A stretch of DNA of 64,000 nucleotides, from the NCBI RefSeq assembly GCF_963921235.1, contig NC_086097.1, forward strand, positions 148,864,001 through 148,928,000, given 5' to 3'. Source of the stretch: Mobula hypostoma. Taxonomy: Eukaryota. Positions 53,300 to 64,000 of this stretch are shown one piece after another. The position numbers and the translations under genes were made by a program. The notes beneath the pieces were generated by a model, which worked only from the letters and a program-made list of their open reading frames with translations, had not been told where the DNA came from and did no database searches. Position 1 is the first letter of the stretch. Each line of letters begins with the position of its first letter.

Positions 53300-54760
53300 T
53301 CAAAGTTAATTATTATCAAAGTGCATATATGTCACCATGTACAACCCTGAGATTTACTTTCTGTGACACACTCAGTAAGTCTACAGAATAATGACCGTAA
53401 CGGAATCAATGAAAGACCATCCAACGTGGTCATTCAACCAGAGTGCAGAAGACAAACTGTGCAAATACAAAAAGAAAGAAATAATAAATAAATAACGTCA
53501 AGAACTTGTGTCCTTGAAAGTGAGTCCATTTATTGTGGGAACATTTCAATGATTGGGCGAGTGAAGTTACCCGCTTTGGTTTAAGAGACTAAAGGTTGAA
53601 GGGTGGAAACGGGGCTCCATGAGTTGAATGGGAGTGTGACAAACATTACACTGAAGTTGCTGAACCTGGTGGTGAAAGTCCTGGGGCTCCTGTACCACCT
53701 TCCTGATGGCAGCAATGAGCAGGAAGCATGTCCTTGGAAATGGGGGTCCCTGATGATAGATGCTGCTTTCTGACAACAGCATTTCATGTAGATGTGCTCA
53801 GTGGCTGGGAGGGCTTTACCTGTGATGGGCTAGGCCATATCCACTACTTTGCGTGGGATTTGCTGTTCAAGGGCATTGGTGTTTCCATACCAGATAGTGA
53901 TGCAGCCAGTTGATATACCCTTCACTATATATCTATAGAAGTTTATCAAAATCATTATGAATCTCTGCAGACTCCTAGGGAAGCAGAGGTGCTGATGTAT
54001 TTTTTCCTGTAATTGTTTATGTGCTGGCCCTAGGGCAGGTCCTCTGAAATAATAATACCAAGGAATTCAAAGTTGCTGACCCTTTCCACCTCTGTTCCTC
54101 CAATGAGAACTGGCTCATGGACCTCTGGTTTTCTTCTTCTGAAGTTAATAACCAGCTCTTTGGTCTTGCTGACATTGAATAAGGTTTTGTTATGCACCAC
54201 TCAGCCAGATTTTCAATCTCCCTCTTGTATGCTAATGCATCACCACCCTTTGATTCGGCCTATGACAGTGATGTATCGGTAAACTTGAATATGGTTTGGA
54301 GCTGAGCTTAGCCACACAAATAGTGAGCAGAGCAGGGGGCTGAACACAAGCGTTGTGGTGCACATGTGCTGATGGAGATAGTGGAGAGATGTTGTTGCCA
54401 ATCTGAACTGACTAAGGTTACAAGTGAGGAACTAGAGGATCCAATTACAAATGAGGTATTGAGTCCAAGGTCTTAAAGTTTATTTAAACGCAAACAACAG
54501 GAATTCTGCAGACGCTGGAAATTCAAGCAACACACATAAAAGTTGCTGGTGAATGCAGCAGGCCAGGCAGCATCTCTAGGAAGGGTCTCGGCCTGAAACG
54601 TCGACTGCACCTCTTCCTAGAGATGCTGCCTGGCCTGCTGCATTCACCAGCAACTTTTATGTGTGTTTCTTAAAGTTTATTGATTAGCTTTTGGGGGTTG
54701 ATGCTGTGCTGTAGCTGATAAAGGGCATCCTGATGTATGTATGCATCTTTGTTGTCCAAC
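53300..54760 (-). mobile_element. Old Rex1/Babar-like LINE remnant
   Basis: CCQKAASIIRDPH..LLPSGRWYRS..TTRF; homologous to 30700-31560. Confidence 0.7.
54485..54667. repeat. 183-bp Penelope-derived fold-back insertion with perfect 55-bp inverted arms
   Basis: Arms at 54529-54583 and 54613-54667. TSD TCTTAAAGTTTATT at 54471-54484 and 54668-54681. Confidence 0.88.
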
Positions 54761-55323
54761 ACGCTCAGGACCGTGATGCCAAACCAACAGGTATTCTGGA
54801 CTATTGGATGGTATTTCCTATTGCTACCCAACACAAAATTCCAATAATTTAATTTATTTTTGAATGCCTCATTGAATTATGATAAATTTTCCAATGAATT
54901 AGCAATGTGGGAAAGAAGTGCAGGAACCAGGACCCTGATGAGTTGAAAGGGGTGTGACAAAACATCACCATTGAACTAGTCGCCAGGCCCTCAAATTTCC
55001 AAATAATCAATCCGTGGATTAATTTTAATGTACCAGGAATGAGGCCTCGTAGTGAAAACTGTTACTGATTTTATTATCCAAACCTGGAATTTGGGGGATT
55101 TTTCAGACAGCATTTTTTCAATGTCTTTCTCACTGTCTTCTGCAGATTTTCCAGGTCTCTGAAAAGTAACTGATAGCAGGCATCATTGGTGTCAAATAGG
55201 CCATGATTTCTCTGCCCTGTATGAGGTCCTGAACTTTAAATCCCCTCCTTAATCAATTAAAGAGCACAAAGCACTTTGTAGGCAGTTGTGACTTTCATCA
55301 TCTGTTGTGACTTTCATGGGTCT

Positions 55324-56276
55324 TGTGACGAGAATACACATAAATTAAGATGTTTGCTGGCCTGGGCTAGCAACAGTGGCATCAGTAGTTGGTCTGCCAC
55401 CTGTCCTCAGGGGAAGGAGAGATAAGGAACAATGAAGCAGCATCTGGAGATGTGTAATGAAGGGACGGGAGAGAAAGCTGTCTAGAGCGGCTCCCCCTTT
55501 GAACCCTGAACTGTTTGAAGTGACGGACAGGCGATCTGGAGATGTGTAATGAAGGGACGGGAGAGAGAGCTGTCTGGAGCGGCTCCCCCTTTGAACCCTG
55601 AACTGTTTGAAGTGATGGACAGGCGATACCCCAGCAGGGGGATAAAAAGGGACAGGTTCGCTAAGGCAGGACACATGACACCCGAGGTAACGAGACCCTG
55701 GAAGCGGTGCGCCTCTCACGAGTCGGTGGGAAGTATCGGACCTTAAACGCACAGCGTGGAAAGGTACGATCAGCGGGAACCCGGTGTGTGTCCACCCTCG
55801 CTTGGGTGCCGGGTTCACTGCAGAGGATCAACCGCATCTGGAGGAGGGGTCACAGTCGGTGACCTCGGGTGACATCACAAAGGACCCGCCCAAAAGCTGC
55901 TTGTGAGCAATATCGCCGGTCTGTGAGTGGAAGCCGTTTCTGAATGATCAGTCGTTCTCGTTCTCTCTCTCTCTCTCTCCCCCCACGTTGTCCATCGCCA
56001 TGGCAACGATTACTGCGAACTGAACTAAATTGGACTGAACTTTTGTGTCACTTTGAAATTGGTCATTTACCCCGAGACAACGATAGAGCTTGATTGATGT
56101 TGTTATCTTAATTCTGTGCACGTGTGTTTATTATTGCTGAACTGTTGCATTTATTATCCTTTCGATTACTGTGTTGCTTGTTTCTTTAATAAAACTTTCT
56201 TGGTTCTAGTAATCCAGACTCCAACTGAGTGATCCATTTCTGCTGGTTTGGCAACCCAGTTACGGGGTACGTAACA
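55324..56276 (+). mobile_element. Solo LTR (Gypsy/ERV type), 953 bp
   Basis: TGTGACG...CGTAACA termini with 4-bp TSD GTCT. TATA-like GATAAAA near 55641, AATAAA at 56188, and an internal tandem duplication of about 92 bp. Confidence 0.88.
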
Positions 56277-57083
56277 GTCTGTAGAAATGTGAAATGGTTC
56301 CCTCCACTTGCCCTGCATTTCTAGGGTCTTGATTTTAAGGATTTGATGCTGAAGTTTTATAAGTCTGTCTGGAGTTAGCGTATTGTCAGCAGTTTTTGGC
56401 CCCTTATCTAAGAAACAATGTGCTACCATTGGAGAGGATACAAAGATGGTTCATAAAAATTATTTTGGGAATGAAAGAGTTAACTTAGTGTTTGGCTCTG
56501 GACCTGTATTCTCTGGAATTTAGAAGAATGAGGGGTGGATCTTATTGAAACATCTTGAATATTGAAAGCCACTGGTTAGCTTAACCTGGATTGTTCCTTT
56601 AATTTCTTTTCTTTTCCTCCTTTGTATTTACTTTTCAATATCAGCTAGCACACACAATTAGGCAGTTTTGATTGTTTATTTGAAGCACAAAATAATTTAG
56701 TACAAGTATGGCCCTTAAGGCATTAGTGAAATAGGCTGGATACATGGAGAAGCAAAGGCACAGATCTGTAATGATTAATTTCCCTAACCTGTTTTCAGTA
56801 GGGAAATAAAGTCTGATATGGGCAACTCAGTTAGTATTATTGAATTGGCACTTTAGTATACTATTGTTTTAAAGGAAAGTGTAGTTAAATTGCTTGTTGT
56901 TCTGAAGGAAGTGAGGCTAAATTTTGCAGTGGATATTCAGTTTGAAGTGATTAAGTCATTAAATTAAAGCTTTCCTACCACAATTTCATCATTTATGATT
57001 CGTATTTAATTTGGAGTAATCTATTTTGTCAAGACATATTACCTATGTTAATTTTATTTTTCTAAATTAAACATTTTACCCAG

Positions 57084-57228
57084 TGATTCAAAGATCCCAA
57101 CACCTCCACAAGGTCATCGTTGGAAGGAAGTGCGTTTCGATAATAGAGTAACTTGGCTGGCGTCATGGGTGGAAAATGTCCAGAATCTTAATAAATATAT
57201 CATGCTCAACCCAAGTTCCAAGCTTAAG
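57084..57228 (+). CDS. TOP1MT: Topoisomerase IB core exon ([48 protein letters not shown])
   Basis: cccAG acceptor and AAG|GTATGT donor. 145 bp. Conserved GH.WKEVR.DN.VTWL and KYIMLNPSS motifs. The gene continues beyond the window. Confidence 0.97.
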
Positions 57229-59049
57229 GTATGTATTTCCTGGCAATTCCTTTACAAAATTTATTCCATTATCCTTTATTTTAACTTGTTCCTTCTCAAC
57301 ACCAGATTTTTTCTTTCCCAGGAATGATTTGGTACAGACTTTAGGCTTTTGTAACAAACAGTAACATTGACAGTATAAACTAGCCTTAAAATGTCCATTA
57401 AAAATATGCAAGTCAAAATGCAAATTCAGCAGTAGTGTTGAAATTCAGACCCCCCCCACTCCGATATCCATTCATCTACCAATCCCACTAAATACTGCGG
57501 AGTATTTTGCTGAGACCCCACTGCCCAAAGTACAATTTTGTAGGAAAACTTGTCCCTAAAGTTGATGATATCCTGCATTTTCCCCATACTTGTGCTCCCT
57601 CTACCAAGCCCCTAGACCCCATTGCACCACAACTGCACCCACCAGGTCTGTCCTGATGCCTTCTCCAACTTAGTCATAAGTGAATAACATTAACTTTTAT
57701 AGAATAGACTAGCCAAGATTTATAGTAACCAATTGTCTGTCTTTTATTAAAACTCAAGCTAATCCAAGATTACGTGACTATAAGGTGAATTAGTTTAGTT
57801 GTTTCCTTCTTGAGACAGCACCTCCTGTAAATGCCTTGACTCTACCCCCATCCAATTAGATAGTCTTAAATATTGATTTGGGATTCCTACACTTAATTGC
57901 CTTTTATTGATCCTTTGTATAAAAATGAGTATTTAGAGATATGCAACACACAAATAATGCTGGTGAACGCAGCAATCCAGGCAGCATCTATAGGAAGAGG
58001 TACAGTCGACATTTCGCACCAAGACCCTTCGTCAGGACTAACTGAAAGAAGAGATAGGAAGAGATTTGGGAGGGGGAGAGGGAGATCTGAAATGATAGGA
58101 GAAGACAGGATGGGAGGGGTGGATCTAAGAGCTGGAAAGTTGATTGGCAAAAAGGATACCAGGCTGGAGAAGGGAGAGGATCATGGGACAGGAAGGCTGG
58201 GGAGAAAGAGAAGGGGGGAGGGAAGTCCGGAGGGTGGACAGCAGGCAAGGAGTTATAGTGAGAGGGACAGAGGGAGAAAAAAGAGGGGGGGAATAAATAA
58301 AAAATGTATTTAAAATATATTAAATAAATAAATAAGGGATAGCGTGTGAAGAGGAGGAGGGGCATTAACAGAAGTTAGAGGTCAATATTCATGCCATCAG
58401 GTTGGAGGCTACCCAGACGGAATATAAGGTGTTGTTTCTCCAATCTGAGTGTGGCTTCATCTTGACAGTAGAGGCCGTGGATAGACATATCAGAATGAGA
58501 ATGGGACATGGAATTAAAATGTCTGGCCACTGGGAGATCTTACTTTCTCTGACAGACAGAGCGTAGGTGTTCAGTGAAACAGTCTCCCAGCCTGTGTCAA
58601 GTCTCGCAAATATATAGAAGGCCACATCGGGAGCACCGGACGCAGTATATCACCCCAGCTGACTCACAGGTGAAGTGTCGCCTCACCTGGAAGGACTGTC
58701 TGGGGCCCTGAATGGTGGTGAGGGGGGAGGTGTAAGGGCGTGTGTAGCACTTGTTCTGCTTACAAGGATAAGGACTGGGAGGGAGATCGGTGGGAAGGGG
58801 TGAGGGGGACGAATGGACAAGGGAGTTGCGTAGGGAGCGATCCCTGCAGAAAGGGGGGGGGGAGGAAAGATGTGCTAAGTGGTCGGTTCATTAACTTAGT
58901 GACTTCATTAACTTTGCCTCCAACTTTCACCCTGCCCTCAAGTTTACCTGGTCCATTTCTGACACCTCCCTCCCCTTTCTTGATCTTTCTGTCTTTACCC
59001 CTGGAGACAGCTTATCTACTGATGTCTACTATAAGCCTACGGACTCTCA

Positions 59050-61440
59050 AAAGACAATAGATGCAGGAGTAGGCCATTCGGCCCTTCGAGCCAGCACTGC
59101 CATTCGCTGTGATCATGGCTGATCATCCACAATCAGTATCCAGTTCCTGCCTTATCCCCATAACCTTTGATTCTGCTATCTTTAAGAGCTCTATCCATCT
59201 CTTTTTTTGAAAGCATCCAGGACAGAGCATTCCATATGTCCACCACTCTCTGGGTGAAAAAGTTTTTCCTCAACTCCAGTCTAAATGGCCTACCCCCAAT
59301 TCTTAAACTGTGGCCTCTGGTTCTGGACTCACCCATCAGCAGGAACGTGCTTCCTGCCTCCAGCGTGTCCAAACCCTTAATTATCTTATCTGTTCAAATA
59401 AGATCCCCTCCCAGCCTTCTAAATTCCAGAGTATATAAGCCCAGTCTCTCCAATCTTTCAACATATGACATCCCAGGAATTAACCTTGTGAACCTACGCT
59501 GCACTCCCTCAATAGCAAGAATGTCCTTCCTCAAATTTGGAGACCAAAACTGCACATAGTACTCCAGGTGTGGTCTCACCAGGGCCCTGTACAGCTGCAG
59601 AAGGACCCCTTTGCTCTTATACTCAATTCCCCTTGTTATGAAGGCCAGCATGCCATTAGCTTTCTTCACTGCCTGCTGTACTTGCATGCTTGCTTTCAGT
59701 GACTGATGTACAAGAACACGTAGATCTCGTTGTACTTCCCCTTTTCCTAACGACTCCATTTAGATAATAATCTGTCTTCCCGTTCTTACCACCAACGTGG
59801 ATAACCTCACATTTATCCACATTAAACTGCTTCTGCCATGCATCTGCCCACTCACCCAGCCTGTCCAAGTCACCCTGCATTCTCATAACATCCTCCTCAC
59901 ATTTCACACTGCCACCCAGCTTTGTCATCGGCAAATTTGCTAATGTTACTTTTAAATCCCTCATCTAAATCATTAATATATATTGTAAACAGCTGCGGTC
60001 CCAGCACTGAACCCTGCGATACCCCACTGGTCACCGCCTGCCATTCCGAAAGGGACCCGTTAATTGCTACTCTTTGTTTTCTGTCAGCCAGCCAATTTTC
60101 AATCCATGTCAGTACTCTGCCCCCAATACTATGTGCCCTAATTTTGCCCACTAATCTCCTATGTGGGACTTTATCAAAGGCTTTCTGAAAGTCCAGGTAC
60201 CCTACATCCACTGGCTCTCCCTTGTCCATTTTCATAGTTAAATCCTCAAAAACTTCCAGCGGGTTAGTCAAGCACGACTTCCCCTTCGTAAATTCATGCT
60301 GACTCAGACCAATCCTGTTACTACTATCCAGATGTGTCGTAATTTCATCTTTTATAATTGACTCCAGCATCTTTTCCACGACCGACGTCACGCTAACCGG
60401 TCTGTAATTCCCTGTTTTCTCTCTTCCTTCCTTCTTGAAGAGAGGGACAACATTAGCCACCCTCCAATCCACAGGAACTGATCCTGAATCTATAGAACAT
60501 TTGAAAATGATTACCAATGCGTCCACGATTTCTAAAGCCACCTCCTTAAGTACCCTGGGATGCAGATCATCAGGTCCCGGGGACTTATCAGCCTTCAGAC
60601 CTAACAGCCTATCTAATACCATTTCCTGCCTAATATAAATTTCCTTCAATTCATCCATTACCCTAGGTCCTTTGACCACTATTACATCTGGGAGATTGTT
60701 TGTGTCTTCCCTAGTGAAGACAGATCCAAAGTACCTGTTCAACTCGACTGCCATTTCCTTGTTCCCCATAATAAATTCACCCGCTTCTGTCTTCAGGGGC
60801 CCAATTTTGGTCTTAACTATTTTTTTTCCTTTTCACGTACCTAAAGAAGCTTTTACTATCCTCTTTTATATTCTTGGCTAGTTTACCTTCGTACATCATT
60901 TTTTCTCCACGTATTGCCTTTTTAGTTACCTTCTGTTCTTTAAAAGTTTCCCAATCCTCCGGCTTCCCACTCGTCTTTGCTATGTTATACTTCTTCTCTT
61001 TTATTTTTATACTATCCATTACTTCCCTTGTCAACCACAGCCTCCCCTTACTCCCCTTAGGATCATTCTTCCTCTTTGGAATGAATTGATCCTGCACCTT
61101 CCGCATTATTCCCAGAAACACTTGCCATTGCTGTTCCACTGTCATTCCTGCTAGGGTATTGTTCCATTGAACCTTGGCCAGCTCCTCCCTCATAGTACCA
61201 TAGTTCCCTTTGTTCAACTGTAATACTGACACTTCTGAGTTTCCCTTCTCCCTCTCAAATTGTAGATTAAAACTTATCATATTATGGTCACTACCTCCTA
61301 ATGGCTCCTTTACCCCGAGGTCCCTGATCAAATCCGGTTCATTGCACAACACTAAATCTAGAATTGCGTTCTCTCTGGTAAGCTCCAGTATAAGCTGTTC
61401 TAAGAATTCATCTCAGAGGGACTCCACAAACTCCCTTTCC
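59050..61440 (-). mobile_element. 5'-truncated CR1 LINE nested in Penelope
   Basis: GGSDHNMI, KSPGPDD, LDFQKAFDKVPH, KFADD. The Penelope sequence GACTCTCACAGCTA is split at a CTCA duplication. Confidence 0.92.
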
Positions 61441-62629
61441 CTCACAGCTACCTGGACTATTCCTCTTCCCACCCTGTCTCTTGCAAAAATGCCATCCCCT
61501 TCTCACAATTCCTCCGTCTCTGCTGCATCTGCTCTCAGGATGAGGCTTTTCATTCCAGGACGAAGGAGATGTCCTTTTTTGAAGAAAGGGGCTTCCCTTC
61601 CTCCACCATCAACTCTGCTGTCAAACGCATCTCTCCCATTTCAGGCACATCTGCTCTCACCACATCCTCCTGCCACCCCACTAGGAATAGGGTTCCCTTT
61701 GTCCTCACCTACCACCCCACCAGCCTCCCAGTCCGACATATAATTCTCCATAACTTCCGCCACCTCCAACGGGATCCCACCACTAAGCACATCTTTTCCT
61801 CCTCCTCCCCCCACCCCCCCCCCGGCTTTCCGCAGGGATTGCTCCCTACACGACTTCCTTGTCCATTCGTCCGCCCCCATCCCTTCCCACCAATCTCCCT
61901 CCCGGCACTTATCCTTGTAAGCGGAACAAGTGCTACACATGCCCTTACACTTCCTCCATCACCACCATTCAGGGCCCCAGACAGTCCTTCCAGGTGAGGC
62001 GACACTTCATCTGTGAGTCGGCTGGGGTGATATACTGCGTCCGGCGCTCCCAGTGCGGCCTTCTGTATATTGGCGAGACCCGACAAAGGCTGGGAGACCG
62101 TTTCGCTGAACACCTACACTCTGTCTGCCAGAGAAAGCAAGATCACCCAGCAGCCACACATTTTAATTCCACGTCCCACTCCCATTCTGATATGTCTGTC
62201 CACGGCCTCCTCTACTATCAAGATGAAGCCACACTCAGGTTGGAGGAACAACACCTTATATTCTGTCTGGGTAGCCTCCAACCTGATGGTACGAATATCG
62301 ACTTCTCTAACTTCCATTAATGCCCCTCCTCCCCTTCACACCCCATCCCTTATTTATTTAATATATTCCCCTCCCCGCCTTTTTTTCTCTTTTTTTCTCC
62401 CTCTGTCCCTCTCATTATAACTCCTTGCCTGCTGTCCACCCTCCAGGCACCCTTCTCTTTCTCCCCAGGCTTCCTGTCCCATGATCCTCTCCCTTCTCCA
62501 GCCTGGTATCCTTCTTACCAATCAACTTTCCAGCTCTTAGATCCACCCCTCCCATCCTGTCTTCTCCTATCATGTCATCTCCCCCTCCCCTTCCCTCTTT
62601 CAAATCTCTTACTTTCTCTTCTTTCAGTT

Positions 62630-62665
62630 AGTCCTGAAGAAGGGTCCCAGCCCGAAACGTCGACT
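62630..62665 (+). ncRNA. Minimal hammerhead ribozyme motif, sense to the host pre-mRNA
   Basis: AGTC-CTGAAGA-A-GGGTCCCAGCCC-GAAAC-GTC-GACT. Confidence 0.65.
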
Positions 62666-64000
62666 GTACCTCTTCCTAGAGATGCTGCCTGGCCTGCTGC
62701 GTTCACCAGCACTTTTTGTGTGTGTTGCTTGAATTTCCAGCATCTGCAGATTTCCTCGTGTCTGTGTATTTAGAGATATGGATGGGTTAGTCAGGGTTAG
62801 CTGGTACAGTATCTGCAGGAGGTGCTGTCTCAAAAAGGTGGCATTAATCATCAAGGATCCTACCATTGGTGTTAGGCCCTGTTATTGTAGCTAGCATCAG
62901 TCAATGCATATGGAAGCCTGAAGTCCCATACCACCAAGCTGGGGAACCATCAAGTTCTTGAACTGCCTTGCACAGCCCTAACTAACCAATGTAGCACTGT
63001 GGACCAACTCTAACACAACAGTGGACCAGTCTCTGATTGTGTCTTTGTTTTTTTTTGGGTTAGGATGCTGTTTTTGCATAACTTTCTCCTCTCTTCATTG
63101 TCTTATATAATTTGTTCAGTGTTATCTGTAGTTTACATACCAGTAATGCTGCTGCATGCAAGTTTTCCATTGTATCTACTCGTGCATTTAACAATAAACT
63201 TGACTGGAATTGACTTGATGTAATGTATTATGAACAATCAGTTAAGACCATTAAAGAATTCTGTAGTCATTAAGCGCTATTTTACCTATCAATTTCTTTG
63301 TGGGGGGGGGAAAGAAAATTGCTGGCACTATAATGAATTTGTTAGACATATTGTGAAAGTTGATATGATCAGTATCGGCAATAGAATTGTTGACGTTTGT
63401 TTCTGCTGCTGTGAGAATATAATGTGTCAAATGTTGCCTAGCTCCTGGACAAAATGATCCTTGTGTACAATATTCAATAATGACAATCTTGGGCACTGTC
63501 TTTTTCTCCGGGTTTGGAAAGTCAAGAATTGGAGGGCATAAGTTATAGTTAGCAGAATGAGATGTAATAGGAACCTGAGGGGCAACTTTTACACCCAGAG
63601 GATGGGTCAGTGTATGGAATGAGCTGCCAGAGGAAGTGGTTGAAGCAGGTACACTAACAGCATGTTAAAGACACCTGGACGAGTTGCATGGACAGGAAAG
63701 GGTTTGGAGGTAAACAGCCCAAACTCGGGCAAATGAGACTAGCTTAGATAAGCATCTTGATTGAGGTTGACTATCCAGGCAGAACGGGTTGTTTCAATGC
63801 TCTGTGTCTCTAACCTTTGTATAGAGCACATTTCCCTGTCATCAGGAAAGCTGATTTTCCCCAACATCTTTCTGCCCCCACACATTTTTTTCTCCTTCAA
63901 TTTCATAGCTCTTCTTGACACCAGTTTTGAGTGTCTGGAAGGTTGAAAGAATAGTTGACAGCAGCTGTTTCATTCAAGTAGTTTCTCTGGACAAGACTAA

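Larger units (their letters stand above)
57944..62765. mobile_element. Composite inverted Penelope insertion with 15-bp TSD, later split by CR1
   Basis: Minus-strand 3' end at 57944-58880; plus-strand body at 58883-59049 and 61441-62765 (GVIYCV..LLYIGETRQRLGDRFAEH). TSD GTATTTAGAGATATG at 57929-57943 and 62766-62780. Confidence 0.9.

Noticed and set aside
55443..55627. Direct repeats resembling an array or CRISPR
   Set aside because: Only two adjacent units with no spacers, inside an LTR in a eukaryotic genome.
4886..63946. Many short ORFs in the track
   Set aside because: They are antisense or alternative-frame shadows of retroelement sequence, or chance ORFs in intron DNA.
57229..64000. 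Next topoisomerase exon (GEKDWQKYE-like)
   Set aside because: Not found by eye in the remaining sequence; presumably beyond the window.

Overview
Eukaryotic genomic DNA, not prokaryotic. The dense CR1, Penelope, Rex1, L1/Tx1 and V-SINE content suggests a cartilaginous fish (inference). The window lies inside one + strand, intron-rich type IB DNA topoisomerase gene. Five core exons (38759-57228) have phases and sizes (116/122/123/188/145 bp) matching those I recall for vertebrate TOP1/TOP1MT, and their residues are closer to TOP1MT. Two mutually exclusive N-termini can splice in phase 2 onto the first core exon. One is a Lys/Glu-rich nuclear-type pair of exons (2321-2381, 16356-16516, ending KWK/W). 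The other is a separate ATG-initiated exon (32435-32565) encoding a typical mitochondrial presequence, too short to appear in the ORF track. This points to a single locus encoding both nuclear and mitochondrial topoisomerase I isoforms. The introns are filled with nested transposons: CR1s, a young full-length L1 plus a near-identical 3' copy, Rex1/Babar, Penelope elements with minimal hammerhead ribozymes and inverted structures, a solo LTR, Tigger/Tc1/mariner relics and tRNA-derived SINEs. Exon and TSD coordinates were read by eye and should be exact or within a few bases; other element boundaries are approximate.
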